Source of the DNA: Klebsormidium nitens
Lineage: Eukaryota > Plantae > Klebsormidiophyceae
Direction of reading: 5' to 3'
DNA: 64,000 nucleotides
NCBI GenBank assembly: GCA_000708835.1
Contig: DF237398.1
Coordinates: forward strand, 1-64,000
A program made the position numbers and the translations under genes. Position 1 is the first letter of the stretch, and every line of letters starts with the position of its first letter. This document shows, one piece after another, positions 36,001-48,000 of this stretch. A model generated the notes under the pieces. That model searched no databases and was not told where the DNA came from. It saw nothing but the letters and a program-made list of their open reading frames with translations.

Positions 36001-39000
36001 TCGACGTCGCTGTCGATGTGGACGCCCGAAATTGACCACCGTCCGCCTTCCTCCCTGTCAAGGTGGTCCGTGTGGAGCGACATCCGCGACACGATCGACG
36101 CGTTCAAGAAGACGATGCCGCTTATCATCGACCTGCGCAACCCCGCCATGCGGCCGCGGCACTGGCAGCAGCTCATGGACGCCGTCGGCGCGCAGTTCGA
36201 CCCCAACTCCGCGGCTTTCACGCTCGCCAAGGTGCGGGGAATGCTCAAACCTGCGCATTCTGTCGAGTCGTGCCAGTACAGTTGTTCAGTCACAGCCTTG
36301 GAGCAAAGGACTGGCTTTGCGGCAGATAGGGATAGTCGCTTCGATTCACAACGCCACAGATGTTCTTCGAGCTCCTAAGTGAGTTTTCCGTCGACTTTGC
36401 GGAATCACTAAGGTCCTGAAATACCCTAAAAACACTTCCCGATCCTGGAGCCGTGGCTTCCGGTCCATCGGAGGCTTTGGAGAAAACGGCCGTCCCAACT
36501 TTCTTCAGAACTACCAGCGAGTCTCCAGCGCGAAACCTTTGCCCGCTTGCACAAGCAACGCGGCTGCGGCTGCACAGCGACGCTCAGACACTTGTACCGA
36601 ATTGAATCATACTCGAACAATCTGATACATGAACCGGCCCGACCCCCGAATCCTGAGCCCTAGACTGTAAATCCCGAACTGTCCGCGCGGCGCAGGTGAC
36701 GGAGCTGCGTCTGGACATGCTCCCGGAGCCGGTGGGCGAGCTAAGCACCAGCAGCAGCAACTCAGATTCCCTCGAATCCAGAATCTGTAAAACCTCCAGA
36801 TCCTTCGCGCGCCCAGGTGACAGGGTTGCGGCTGGACATGCACACGGAGCTGGTGGGCGAGCTTAGCACCAGCAGCAACAACGAGCAAATCTAATTGAGA
36901 AAGAATCCAATTGATATATAAACCTAAAATCGTCCAATTTCGCGCGCGCGCAGGTGACGGAGCTGCGGCTGGACATGCACGCGGAGCTGGTGGGCGAGCT
37001 GAGCACCAACAGCAGCAAGGAGATGGCCATCGAGCAGTCGCTCGCCGCGATCGCGGCCGCGTGGACCGACCTCGTGCTGGATATGGTGCCGTACAAGGAG
37101 ACGCACAAGGGCGTCTACAAGCTGCGGGGCACGGAGGACGTCTTCGCGGCGCTGGAGGTGGGGGGATGACGTCATCCTGGCGTCAGCTCGGGTTTTGCGA
37201 GGTCTTCTTCTTTAGAGCTACTTACCTGCAAGAAGGGCCTTCGGGTTTGAATGATGGAGTAGATGATTGCAAGGAGGAAAGCGTCAAAAGGCGTCGCTAT
37301 GCTGACGGTTCTGGGCGATGATTCAGAGAACGTCAGCAAGGACATCCGATCAGAAGCTGCCATCCAACTTGTGTGGTAATACTTCTTGACCTGAGCAGAA
37401 AATCTCAAGCATCTGTTCTCAAGTTTTGTGCGACAAGCCGAGGCGGACAACCACAGTAGATAGTCCCAGATGTCCGCGGCACAGAGTTCCTTCTTTGCTC
37501 TTTTCGGAACAAGGCCACGTCCCGACAGACTCTTGACAGACAGATTTTTGATACCTCTGGGTTTTTCGCCTCTCATTTGATGCGCATGCGACGTCCGATC
37601 AATTCAGACCATCTCACCGAATTGAGCGAAGCTTCAGAGACTTGTCATGTACCAGAAAACAAAACCACTCCTCTCCCCCCCTCGCAGGACAACACGGTAA
37701 CACTGTCCACCATGAAGGCCAGCCGCTTCTACCTAGCGTTTGAGAAGGAGCTGACGTACTGGGAAAAGTCGCTCGCCCACGTGTCCAACACGATTGAGAT
37801 GATCCTGCAAGTGCAGCGCCAGTGGATGTACCTGGAAAACATCTTTGTGGGCAGTGAGGATATTCGAAAACAGCTGCCCGGAGAGTCGGCCATGTTCGAC
37901 TCCGTTAACACCGCGTTCGTCGAGGCGATGAAGGGCCTGTATGAGACCAAGAACGTGCTCAAAGGTGGGTCGTTAGATTGCTCTTGGTGTTTTGGAGAGA
38001 CGGATTGGTCTTCTTATGGCACTTTGTAATGATGATAGGGGACTTCGTAGAGATCATATTCACTGCTGAAAGAAGCGTTTTACTTGGAAGCGTCAAAGAC
38101 TGGTCTGGATACTCACACGGCTCCTCAATCCTTTCCACATGGTTTCAATCGTTGAAACAAAGGCACTACTGCTTTTCAAGCAAACTGCAAAGGACCCAAA
38201 GCTCCCCTAAACCATGTTGTCCCACGGCTACCGTGGTGCCGAGCGCTGCTGCAAGAAACGCGTCCGTTTTCCGGCCCCGTTCCGGCGGGCTCCGTCACAT
38301 GACACCTGCTTTCACCATCCGCAGGCACGACGGCGCCGGGGCTGCTGGAGGGCCTGAACGACATGGACGGAAAACTAGAGCGGATCCAAAAGTCGCTCGA
38401 GAACTACCTGGAGAAGAAGCGGCAGCAATTCCCGCGCTTCTACTTCCTCTCCTCCGACGACCTGCTGGAGATCCTGGGCCAGGCCAAGGACCCGCTCAAC
38501 GTCCAGGTGCGCGCGCGCGCGCGCGCGTTTTGTGCTCATAAGGCATTCAGGGGACTTGTGCGGTGTGCTGCGCTTTTTGTCTTGTGTGGCTCTGGAAACA
38601 TTTCGCTTGCGAAGCGTAAGGTGTCTTAAGAAGCAGTGCATTCTCTGTGCGAGTCCGGGGACCAGCTTTGATAGTGCTTGACGACTAGGTATCCATTGTA
38701 CTGCCAAATTTTCGTACTTCTGGCAAACGGAGCATACTGAAGACAATGATGGATCCCTGAGCACTGCGGTTCTCAACTCTGAATAACCGGTTTGCAAGAG
38801 CTATTCACTCTTAAAGAGAAAGTCAATTGCCGGTACGCATAACATCAAATCCGAGCGATCGGTCTCCCTTACCTCTGCCCTCTCTTACCGCAGCCGCATC
38901 TCAAGAAATGTTTCGAGGGGATCAAGAAGCTGGAGATGCACACCCCCGGCGCGGACGGGCGGCGCCACACGGAGGCGACCGGCATCTTCTCCCCCGACGG

Positions 39001-42000
39001 CGAGTACCTGCCGTTTTCGTCCCCGGTGATCACCGAGAGTCGCCCGGAGGAGTGGCTCAACAAAGTGGAGGCGGCCATGTTCGCGACGACCAAGAAGCAC
39101 CTGTTTAAAACGTTAGAGGAGAGCCGCGGGAGCAAGAAGGAGAAGTGGCTCAAGGACAACCCGGGCCAGTGCGTTATCACGGCGGGCCAAGTGGGTGCTG
39201 GGACAGAATTCGTGACTTTGTACAGAGGACCTGAAATTAGCATGACACACAAGTTTGAGGTCAATGTGGTGAAAAGCTACAGGTATCTAGACTTTCGAAT
39301 TGATACTGTCGCCGAGCAGCGCAATTTGCTATCACAGAGGGTAATCAGCGTTACGCGGGCGCTTTCTTTGCTGCTTGAGATCAGACGCCTTCTGACTCAT
39401 TCTGTTTTATCCTTTTCAGGGTTCACGATTTTAAAATTTTTGAGCTTTGTGCCCCATCTTTGCCACATGGATGTTAACTCGTGAACTACTGGGTATGAAG
39501 AAGACGGTTCTGTTGCCTTCCCTCCTAGGCTTTTGGATTCGACATCGTCTTATTCTCGTTGTTCGTGCCATGTGCAGATCGTGTGGACTAACGAGTGCGA
39601 GCGCGCGCTCGCGGACCCCGAGAACAGCCGCGCCGCGCTGAAGCTGCTGAAGAAGAAGTGGGTCAGCTACCTCAACAAGCTGACGGCCGTCACGCGCAGC
39701 AAGCTCTCCAAGATCGACCGCCTCAAGGTGGGGAGTCTGACAGACACAAGCCAAGTTTTTCCAACCTGCCTATATTCTGCTTATTTTGGCCTTCAAGTCG
39801 CTGCAAAGCAGAAGAAGCCAGTTCGACATAACACTTTTATGCGCATGTGAAACTCTGGCCAATGCAAAGTCCCCATGACCCGATTCGGGCCCCTAACTTG
39901 GGCTGCGAAGAAGAAGGTTGGGAAACTCTGCAGATCTGTTACGCTGATATCTTGCGTGTAGTGAAGCCGGCAACAGAAGAAGGACTCTAGTAGTACGTTT
40001 AACTTTGCATTAGAATAGAAGTCCAAATTAGAAGCTCACGTCTGCTGACGTGTGCAGACGGTGTCGCTGATCACGATCGAGGTGCACGCGCGCGACGTGA
40101 TCGAAAAGCTGGGCAAGGTGGGCTGCTCCAGCCCCAACGACTTTGAGTGGGCGTCGCAGCTGCGCTTCTACTGGGACAAGGACGCCAACGACTGCATCAT
40201 CAAGCAGGCGAGTTGCCTTGATTCTTTTAAACCCCCAAAGTTGCGGATCCTCCACTGCACCCAAACAACTTAGTCACCAGTTCGAGGAAATTTCGTGTAC
40301 ATAGATCATTCTGGCAGCAATGCCAAGAGGAAGTCAGAAACTGGGACATAGAAAGCGAGCCTCCGTAACACGGCCTTGACTGCATTGCTAAGTAGCCTAG
40401 CATCAAAAATTTGACCGCAACCTTCAGCTCCAACACCAGATCTTGACTCTTATACAGTGTTTGGGCCCTCTGCAAAGCTCCGCGTACACAGCAGGGGTCC
40501 AACCATTTACAGGCTTCATCTTGCAGCCTTACAGCTTTATACAACTTTTTCGAACGTCTTCGGGTTAAAACGCAAATCGCAAGCTGTCTTAACCCATAGT
40601 TTTCTCGCGCAGGTCTTGTCGGTGTTCGTCTACGGTTACGAGTATCAGGGCAACAACGGTCGTCTGGTCATCACCCCCCTGACGGACAGGTGGGAGGCTT
40701 TCCGGTTACCTGAACTGCTTTTTCGTTGCAAAGCAGGGCGCAAAACCTGCTCCTCGGGATCCCCCGATGTCTGTTGCTGTAGATTGTTTCCGTCCGCATC
40801 TTCCATGCTGGCCTAGCCTATAACGACGCCCCAGATCTACTTCGTTCACTGGTTCGTGGACCCTGTTGATGCGTTTGTTGGATATCGGCTTTTTCAATCT
40901 GGGGCGCATGAAGCATGGCCAATGATGATCATTCTGTACCTTCAGGTGTTACATGACACTGGGAGCCGCGCTCTTCACCAGACGAGGCGGCAATCCGCTG
41001 GGCCCCGCCGGAACCGGGAAGACAGAGACCGTCAAGGACTTTGGAAAGGCTCTCGCGAGGTGGGCTGCTACCAGAACTTTATAACTGCTTCTTATGTAAC
41101 ATAGGGGTTTTTGCCCGGGTTTGATGGTCGTACTTAAAAGCTGGTCCTTTCTGTCTGGCTTGAAATTTTCGGTGTTAGCTAGTCAATTGGACCGGGCACG
41201 GCGCGCATATCTGGCGCGCGCGCGAGCGAGCGATCGGGGCCGCCTAATTCTCCCTCTTTTGTTGACCCAGGTACGTGATCGTGTTCAACTGCTCGGACGG
41301 CGTGGACTACAAGATGACGGGCAAGATGTTCTCGGGGCTCGCGCAGACGGGCGCCTGGGCCTGCCTCGACGAATTCAACCGTATTGAGGTCGAGGTGAGC
41401 GCCGACGTTCTGCGTGCTTGTGACCGCGTCTTCCTCTGCAGCCACTGAAATCTTTGCAGCAGAGTTGGGTTAAGTAGGCAGAGCATCACTTTCTTGAGAT
41501 TATATACTGCTACAATAGCTATTCGGCACTCCCTGCCGCAGGCTGTGCGTTTCAATACCGTTGAGAAGGGGCGGTTCTCTGCCAGATTTAGATTGCGGCG
41601 ATCAACGGTTCCCCGTAATAAAACCCTCTAGTAAGTGCACGAGAAAGCTTCCAGTTGCCGCATCGAAAGCCGCGTACAGTCTCTTGATAAAGAGCCGCTT
41701 CTAAAGCGGCCCCCCTCAAACTGAAATTTCCGTTTCCTATGCAGGTGCTCTCCGTGGTGGCTTCTCAGATCTCGTGCGTCATGGGCGCCATCAAGGCCGG
41801 CGTTCCGCGCTTCGTGTTCGAGGGGACGGAAATCCGGCTCATCCCGACGTGCGGAATCTTCGTGACCATGAACCCCGGCTACGCCGGACGGTCCGAGCTG
41901 CCGGACAATTTGAAGGCCATGCTGCGTCCGGTGTCCATGATGGTCCCCGACTTTACGCTGATCGCGGAGATCATGATGTTCTCCGAGGGCTTCCAGTCCG

Positions 42001-45000
42001 CCAAGGTGAGGCCTCTGCGAGGTTTTGCCCTCAGGCTCACATGAAGTTCGTTTTAGAAAGCAGAGAACTAGAAGAGGCGGGGTTTCACTTCTCCAGTGTA
42101 ATTTCAATAGCGGTTCGTTTCGATTGAGCTGCAGCTGATCCATGGTGCCAGAAAAATTCGAAAGTCTCGAAACTCTAGCCTCCACAAATTCTCTCGTGGA
42201 ACAATATTTACCTCTTCGAAACCAATCGACCCCACCGTGAACCCTGACCTTCAGATTCTGGTCAAGACGTTCACTTTCATCCTGGGTATCCAGCCAGCAC
42301 TAGCTGTGTTCAATGCCACTTCTTGTAGGTTTCATCTGATTCCGCCATTGCGCCCACCTTAGAAGCTTCATAATTTCTACTAACCGCTTCCCAAACCCCC
42401 GTTGTCCAGATCTTGGCCAAGAAGATGATTGCGATCATGGAGCTGAGCCAGCAGCAGCTGTCGAAGCAGGACCACTACGACTACGGCCTGCGCTCCTTCG
42501 TCATCCCCATCAGCCGCGCCGCGGGCGCCATGAAGCGGACGGACCCGGACGCGTCCGAAGAGGTGAGAGCGTCCGAACTCAGGACACTTTCCAGGGTGTA
42601 TTTTGCCACGATTTCAGAATTCTGGGGTCTTGGGTCAGAAAGCTATAGAAGGCCTTTCTGATTGCGCGGCTGACTTCCTTGTCGTTGCTAAAGGATCCTA
42701 ACGAGCTTGTGAGAGAAAAGAGACTGAAGTGCGTTTAAGGAGGGTGATCTTTACCGGAGCAGCGAAACCGTGCTATGTGGATATGATGGTAATGCAATGT
42801 GAAAGGAAACAGAATCACTAAAACAAAGGTAGATGCCACCCTAAGAACCGTTACTGGAAGGGGGCGGAAGCGGAAAGCCCTAGACGCGCGTGTCAGCGGT
42901 GTAACTTTTCAAAACGGAAAAGTCAACTTTGTTTTCAGTCGCTTTCAATGAGCGCTCTATTTGCCGCCCCCAGGTGATCATGTACCGCACGATGAAGGAC
43001 CTGATCATGCCCAAGCTGGTGTACACCGACCTGCCGCTCTTCATGAGCTTGCTTTCCGACCTGTTCCCGGGGGTCGAGATCGCCGCTGTGGACGGGGGGG
43101 CACTCCGGAGAGCGCTCGAGGAAGAGCTGCTCGCCGCGGGGCTGCAGGTCGTGCCTGCGTTCGTCACCAAAATCATTCAGGTGCGTCAGCAGAGCTGTTT
43201 GATACCGGACCTCCACATAGGACCATATGCAGGAATAATCGGATCGATGCATAGGGGCGATGATTTGAAGGTCAGAAAAGACTGTAGTGCTTTTTTGACA
43301 GTGGATTCACCGGTCGGAAACTGGTTCTCTGAAGAAGGAAGCCCCCGAACTGCAATGCTGACCAAAACTTGCCTCCAGGGGATAAATTGGTTCCCATAAT
43401 AAATGTTCAGCGTAGCTTTCTATGTCTCTGAGTAGCTCTCACTTATGCGTAAGTAGCGTCTTGGGTTCTCTACTCTGGCTTCGAACAGTATACTCGCCTA
43501 TACATTGCAGTTTTCGGGTTCCATGATTTCGATTTCCCTGCTCGTTGAATACTTCCCTGTAGAAGAAGAGTTGATGGAACAAGTGATCGAAGAATTCCCC
43601 TGAGAGACTACTCTCAGCAAGGAATCTACGTACGTGCCAGCTGCTCACTCTTACCGGCGACCTCCTTTTCCAGATCTACGACTGCAAGGTCGCCCGCCAC
43701 GGCAACATGATCGTGGGCAAGACCGGCTCCGGCAAGTCGGAGGCCTGGAAGTGCCTCACGCGCGCGATGGCGCGCCTCAAAAAAGAAGGCCTCGAAGACT
43801 TCGAGCGCGTCCACGTATACCCCATAAACCCGCTCGCGCTCAGCAACAACGAGCTGTACGGGGCCTTTGACGAGGCGACGCACGAGTGGACGGACGGAAT
43901 CCTCGCGCGCATCATGCGCGAGGTGTGCAAGGACGAGAGCTCGGACCAGAAGTGGATCCTGTTCGACGGGCCGGTGGATACGCTATGGATCGAGAGCATG
44001 AATACGCTGCTGGACGACAACAAGCTGCTGACGCTGCTGAGCGGGGAGCGCATATCCATGCCGGCGCAGGTGGGCAGTCTTTGGAGTTTTAACATTAGGT
44101 CTGGAACAGTCTTGCAGCTCGTTATACTTCCAATGACCCCTGAAGTTCAGGTTTCGTGCGACTTAGTGAAACTTCGTCATCACGCTGGGCAGCTCCAGCG
44201 TTTTGAGATCCCCCAACGACGTACTGTTTCAAGGTTTTACGTCCTGAATTGGGCGGATCCCAGTGTTTCCGCTTCAAACTCCAGTTTCAGATGCAGGGCT
44301 TGGAGAAAACATACAGGGCTTCGCTTTACTAGGATCCAGGACTACGAGAGAATCACGCGGCTTTCTCATCCATGAAATGCTCCAAACTGCTTCTGCACAA
44401 ACACGTCACTTTCCGTCTCGTTGAGCCTTTCCCGATAATTCAACTGCTGACCAACCCATTTGTCACCCGACGCATTCCTCTGGGCAGGTATCCATTCTGT
44501 TCGAGGTGGAGGACTTGTCTCAGGCATCCCCGGCCACAGTCTCCCGGGCGGGCATGATCTACCTCAACGTGGAGGACCTCGGCTGGTGGCCCTACGTGAC
44601 GTCATGGCTCCAGAAGAAGCAGGCCGCCGGCGCGGACCAGGTTCTAGTGGACACGCTCAAGGTGCGCGCGCGCTTACGTTACAAGTTTGGAACCGATTCT
44701 TGTCGAAGCGGATCAGAAACTGTCTATGACCGCGTAGGCAGCTCAAAAAAGCAGTATTAGAAAGCAAGCTTTGTCGGATACTCAAACGTTGCAGCAACGA
44801 AGTTCTCCTTCAAGCGCCCTGAAGTAGGGTGATGGATTCTTATAAGTCGCCTGCGGATGCCGCGATACCGTTGCCACTGAAGCCCACACTTGCTCTCTGA
44901 TGTGCGCGCCTAACCCCTCTGCTAACCACCTCCCTAATCCTCTTCTCACAGCGCATGATGGAGAAGTACGTCGAGGCCACGTCCGAGTTCCGCCGCCGCG

Positions 45001-48000
45001 AGTGCCGCGAAACCGTGCCCATCGATAGGCTCAACGGAGTCGTCTCCCTCTGCACGCTTTTCGACGCGCTCGCGACGGCCGAGAACGGCGTCGCGGCCGT
45101 GGAGGGCGATCACTACGTGCCGATGATCGAGCTGTGGTTCCTGTTCAGTCTCATCTGGAGCTTGGGCGCGAGCGTGGACGAGGACGGGCGCAAAAAGTTC
45201 GACATGTTCCTCAAGGAGCAGGACGCGCGGTGAGGCGGCCGCGGGGTGGCTTCTAATTTAAGCGTTTGAGAAGGGTTTAGGCGTTTGTAACTTGGGGGTT
45301 GTAGATTGCGCGTTCAGGTCAAAGTACCGACCGTCTCAGACGGAGAGAGCTTCCGTTGAAACCTGCTCTGGTACGGTGGGATGCTTGCAGCATGACCTCC
45401 GCATGCGTAATCCAGACGTTGGTGTCATGTTCCGTTTAATAACAGAAGTTCACAAAACTTTGTCCCAGATTGCCTCGAGTGTACCCTTTTATGGAATTCC
45501 AGCACTTCGTAGCAAATGAAATTTACAATTCTTACCACACGCATCAAGTGTTGAGGTCAAAAAACTTTCATCCTTATTAAGACCATGTTCCAAGCGCTAA
45601 GCCCCACAGAATTGAAACCCTAGTTTTCCGCCGTCCGCAGCTTCCCGACGTCCGAGACGGTGTACGAATATTTCGTGGACCCGAAGCGCCACGGGTGGGC
45701 CCCCTGGGAAGAGAAGCTGTCCGCCAACTTCCGGCCCGCGCCCGACGCGCCCTTCTTCAAGATCGTCGTCCCGACGGTCGACACGCGGCGTACGGAATAC
45801 GTCCTGCGCGCGCTCGTGCTCGCGAACAGGCACGCGCTCGTCGTCGGCAACGTGGGCGTCGGCAAAACCCTGATCGTGCAGGGGGTTTTAGGCGCGCTCC
45901 CCGAGGGCCGCGCCGCGATGACGATCAACTTTAGCGCCCAGACTAGTTCAAATAGTCTGCAGGACACGATCGAGGGACGGTTAGAAAAGCGGACGAAGGG
46001 GGTGTTTGCGCCCGCCGGGGGGAAACGGCTAGCGTGCTTTATTGATGATCTGAACATGCCGAAGAAGAGCCAGTTCGGGTTCATGCCGCCGCTGGAGTTG
46101 TTGAAGCTGTGGGTGGACAACGGGTTCTGGTACGACCGGCAGAAGCAGGAGGTGAAGCAGATCAAGGACATGCAGGTGGGCTCGCAGTCTTGACTTCTAC
46201 GTTGAGATCTGATTCCTTTCATGTTTGGGATGTGAAAGTTCTGTAAAACTAAATTTCTGGGCCATCAAGGGTCTACGAAACCTGTCCATCGGACCCTGGA
46301 GTCAATGAACAGAGTCTTACAGGCTGTCTCTGTCGTTCAAGCTCAGTTTGCTAGGCTCTATGCTATGCTTGATACCGTAAGGCAACTACCGGTAGTATTT
46401 ACCGTTGCTAGCCTTGTGATAAAGCAGAGACGAACTTCATGTTCCGTGTCATGTGAAAGCCCACATAGCAGCCAACTTACCAGGCCTTTGTTACGTGTCA
46501 CAAGCCATTGGAGTCGCAAATCAAGGTTGACAGGTTTCTCCCCATTCCTTTCCCCCTGCAGCTCCTGGCGGCGATGGCCCCCCCCGGCGGCGGGCGCAAC
46601 GCGTTCGGCCCTTTTTTCACCGCTCTTGAAGCTGCTACATCCTAGCAAAAACAATCTCCAAACAATTGCAACTCTTCGAAAACCCCCCCTTTTTTCCCCG
46701 CAGCTCCTGGCGGCGATGGCCCCCCCCGGCGGCGGCCGCAACGCGTTCAGCCAGCGCGTGCAGGCGTGCTTCTCGCTCGTAAACGTGACCGCCCCGAGCG
46801 ACGCGCAACTGAAGCGCATCTTTGGGACCATGGTCAACGCCAAGCTCGCCGACTTTGCTGACGACATCAAGCCCATGGGTGACGCACTCACGCAGGCGTC
46901 GATCGAGGTGTACAACACGATCACGGCGGAGCTGCTGCCGACGCCCAGCAAGAGCCACTACCTGTTCAACATCAGGGACCTGGCAAAGGTGGGTAGAATG
47001 AGTGTGACGCGCTAGAAGGTTGCAATGTCAGGAATCTATCCAAGTTTGCCATCACCTTATCGATACGCTTAGAATCGAAATCAGTACTATAGGCAGCTTG
47101 CGGAGTGTGTTGTTTACTGAACTGCTCCCGGAACCGAAATAAAGTCCTTTCAAGTTTCTGCAGCCTTGGAATCGGTCCTTTTGGCGGTGAACTGAATTTG
47201 CACAGAACTGGGTTTCCAGAGTGACTGTCAACTTGATTGGTAAGTTCAATGAGCGCAGAGGCCCTGTAAAACGGAGGCTCAGATTAGAACGCCTCGTATG
47301 TTCGCTTCTCGCAGGTGGTACAGGGCCTCCTGCAGGCCTCGCGCGGCTACTACGACAGCAGGGAGTCCATGCTCCAGCTCTGGTGCCACGAGTGCTTCCG
47401 CATTTTCGGCGACCGCATGTGGGACAAGGGCGACAAAGCATGGCTCCAGAACCAGCTCAACGGTCGCCTCATCGCCGCCTTTTCCACCGACTGGAAGGCG
47501 ATCAACGGGGACGGGGCCATGCAGCCGTTCGTCAGTTTCATGCGACCGGTAGAGAATCCCCCGTACGAACCGGTCGCAGATTTCCCGGCCCTGAAAGAGG
47601 TGCTCCAGACTAAGATGGAAGACTACGGACTAGAGCCCGGGGCGAAAGTTATGGATTTGGTCTTGTTCCGAGACGCGCTGGACCACGTGTGCCGGATCCA
47701 CCGGGTGCTCATGCAGCCACGTGGCAACGCGCTGTTGGTCGGCGTGGGCGGGAGCGGGCGGAAGAGCCTGGCGCGGCTGGCGGCATACGTCGCAGAGCTC
47801 AAGGTGAGCAGAATCGTCCAAAAAAGTTGCTCAATAAGCCAAATACTACATGTTTGGAACGAGGGTGAATCTTCTCAGATTCAGCTTGCCTGGCTAAGTA
47901 CACCCTGTAACCCCGTTAACCCGTAACCCGGTACGGTTAAGGATGTTTCTTTGCGTAGGCGCAGATCCCTCGTCTCTAAGAAAGGGCGTCTCCAGACTTC

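Noticed and set aside
42255-42270. Very short possible echoes of exon 31 start (CAG|ATTCTGGTCAAGACG) and of exon 40 start near 48586-48600
   Set aside because: Only ~15-18 nt with several mismatches; could be chance, so not counted among the 13.
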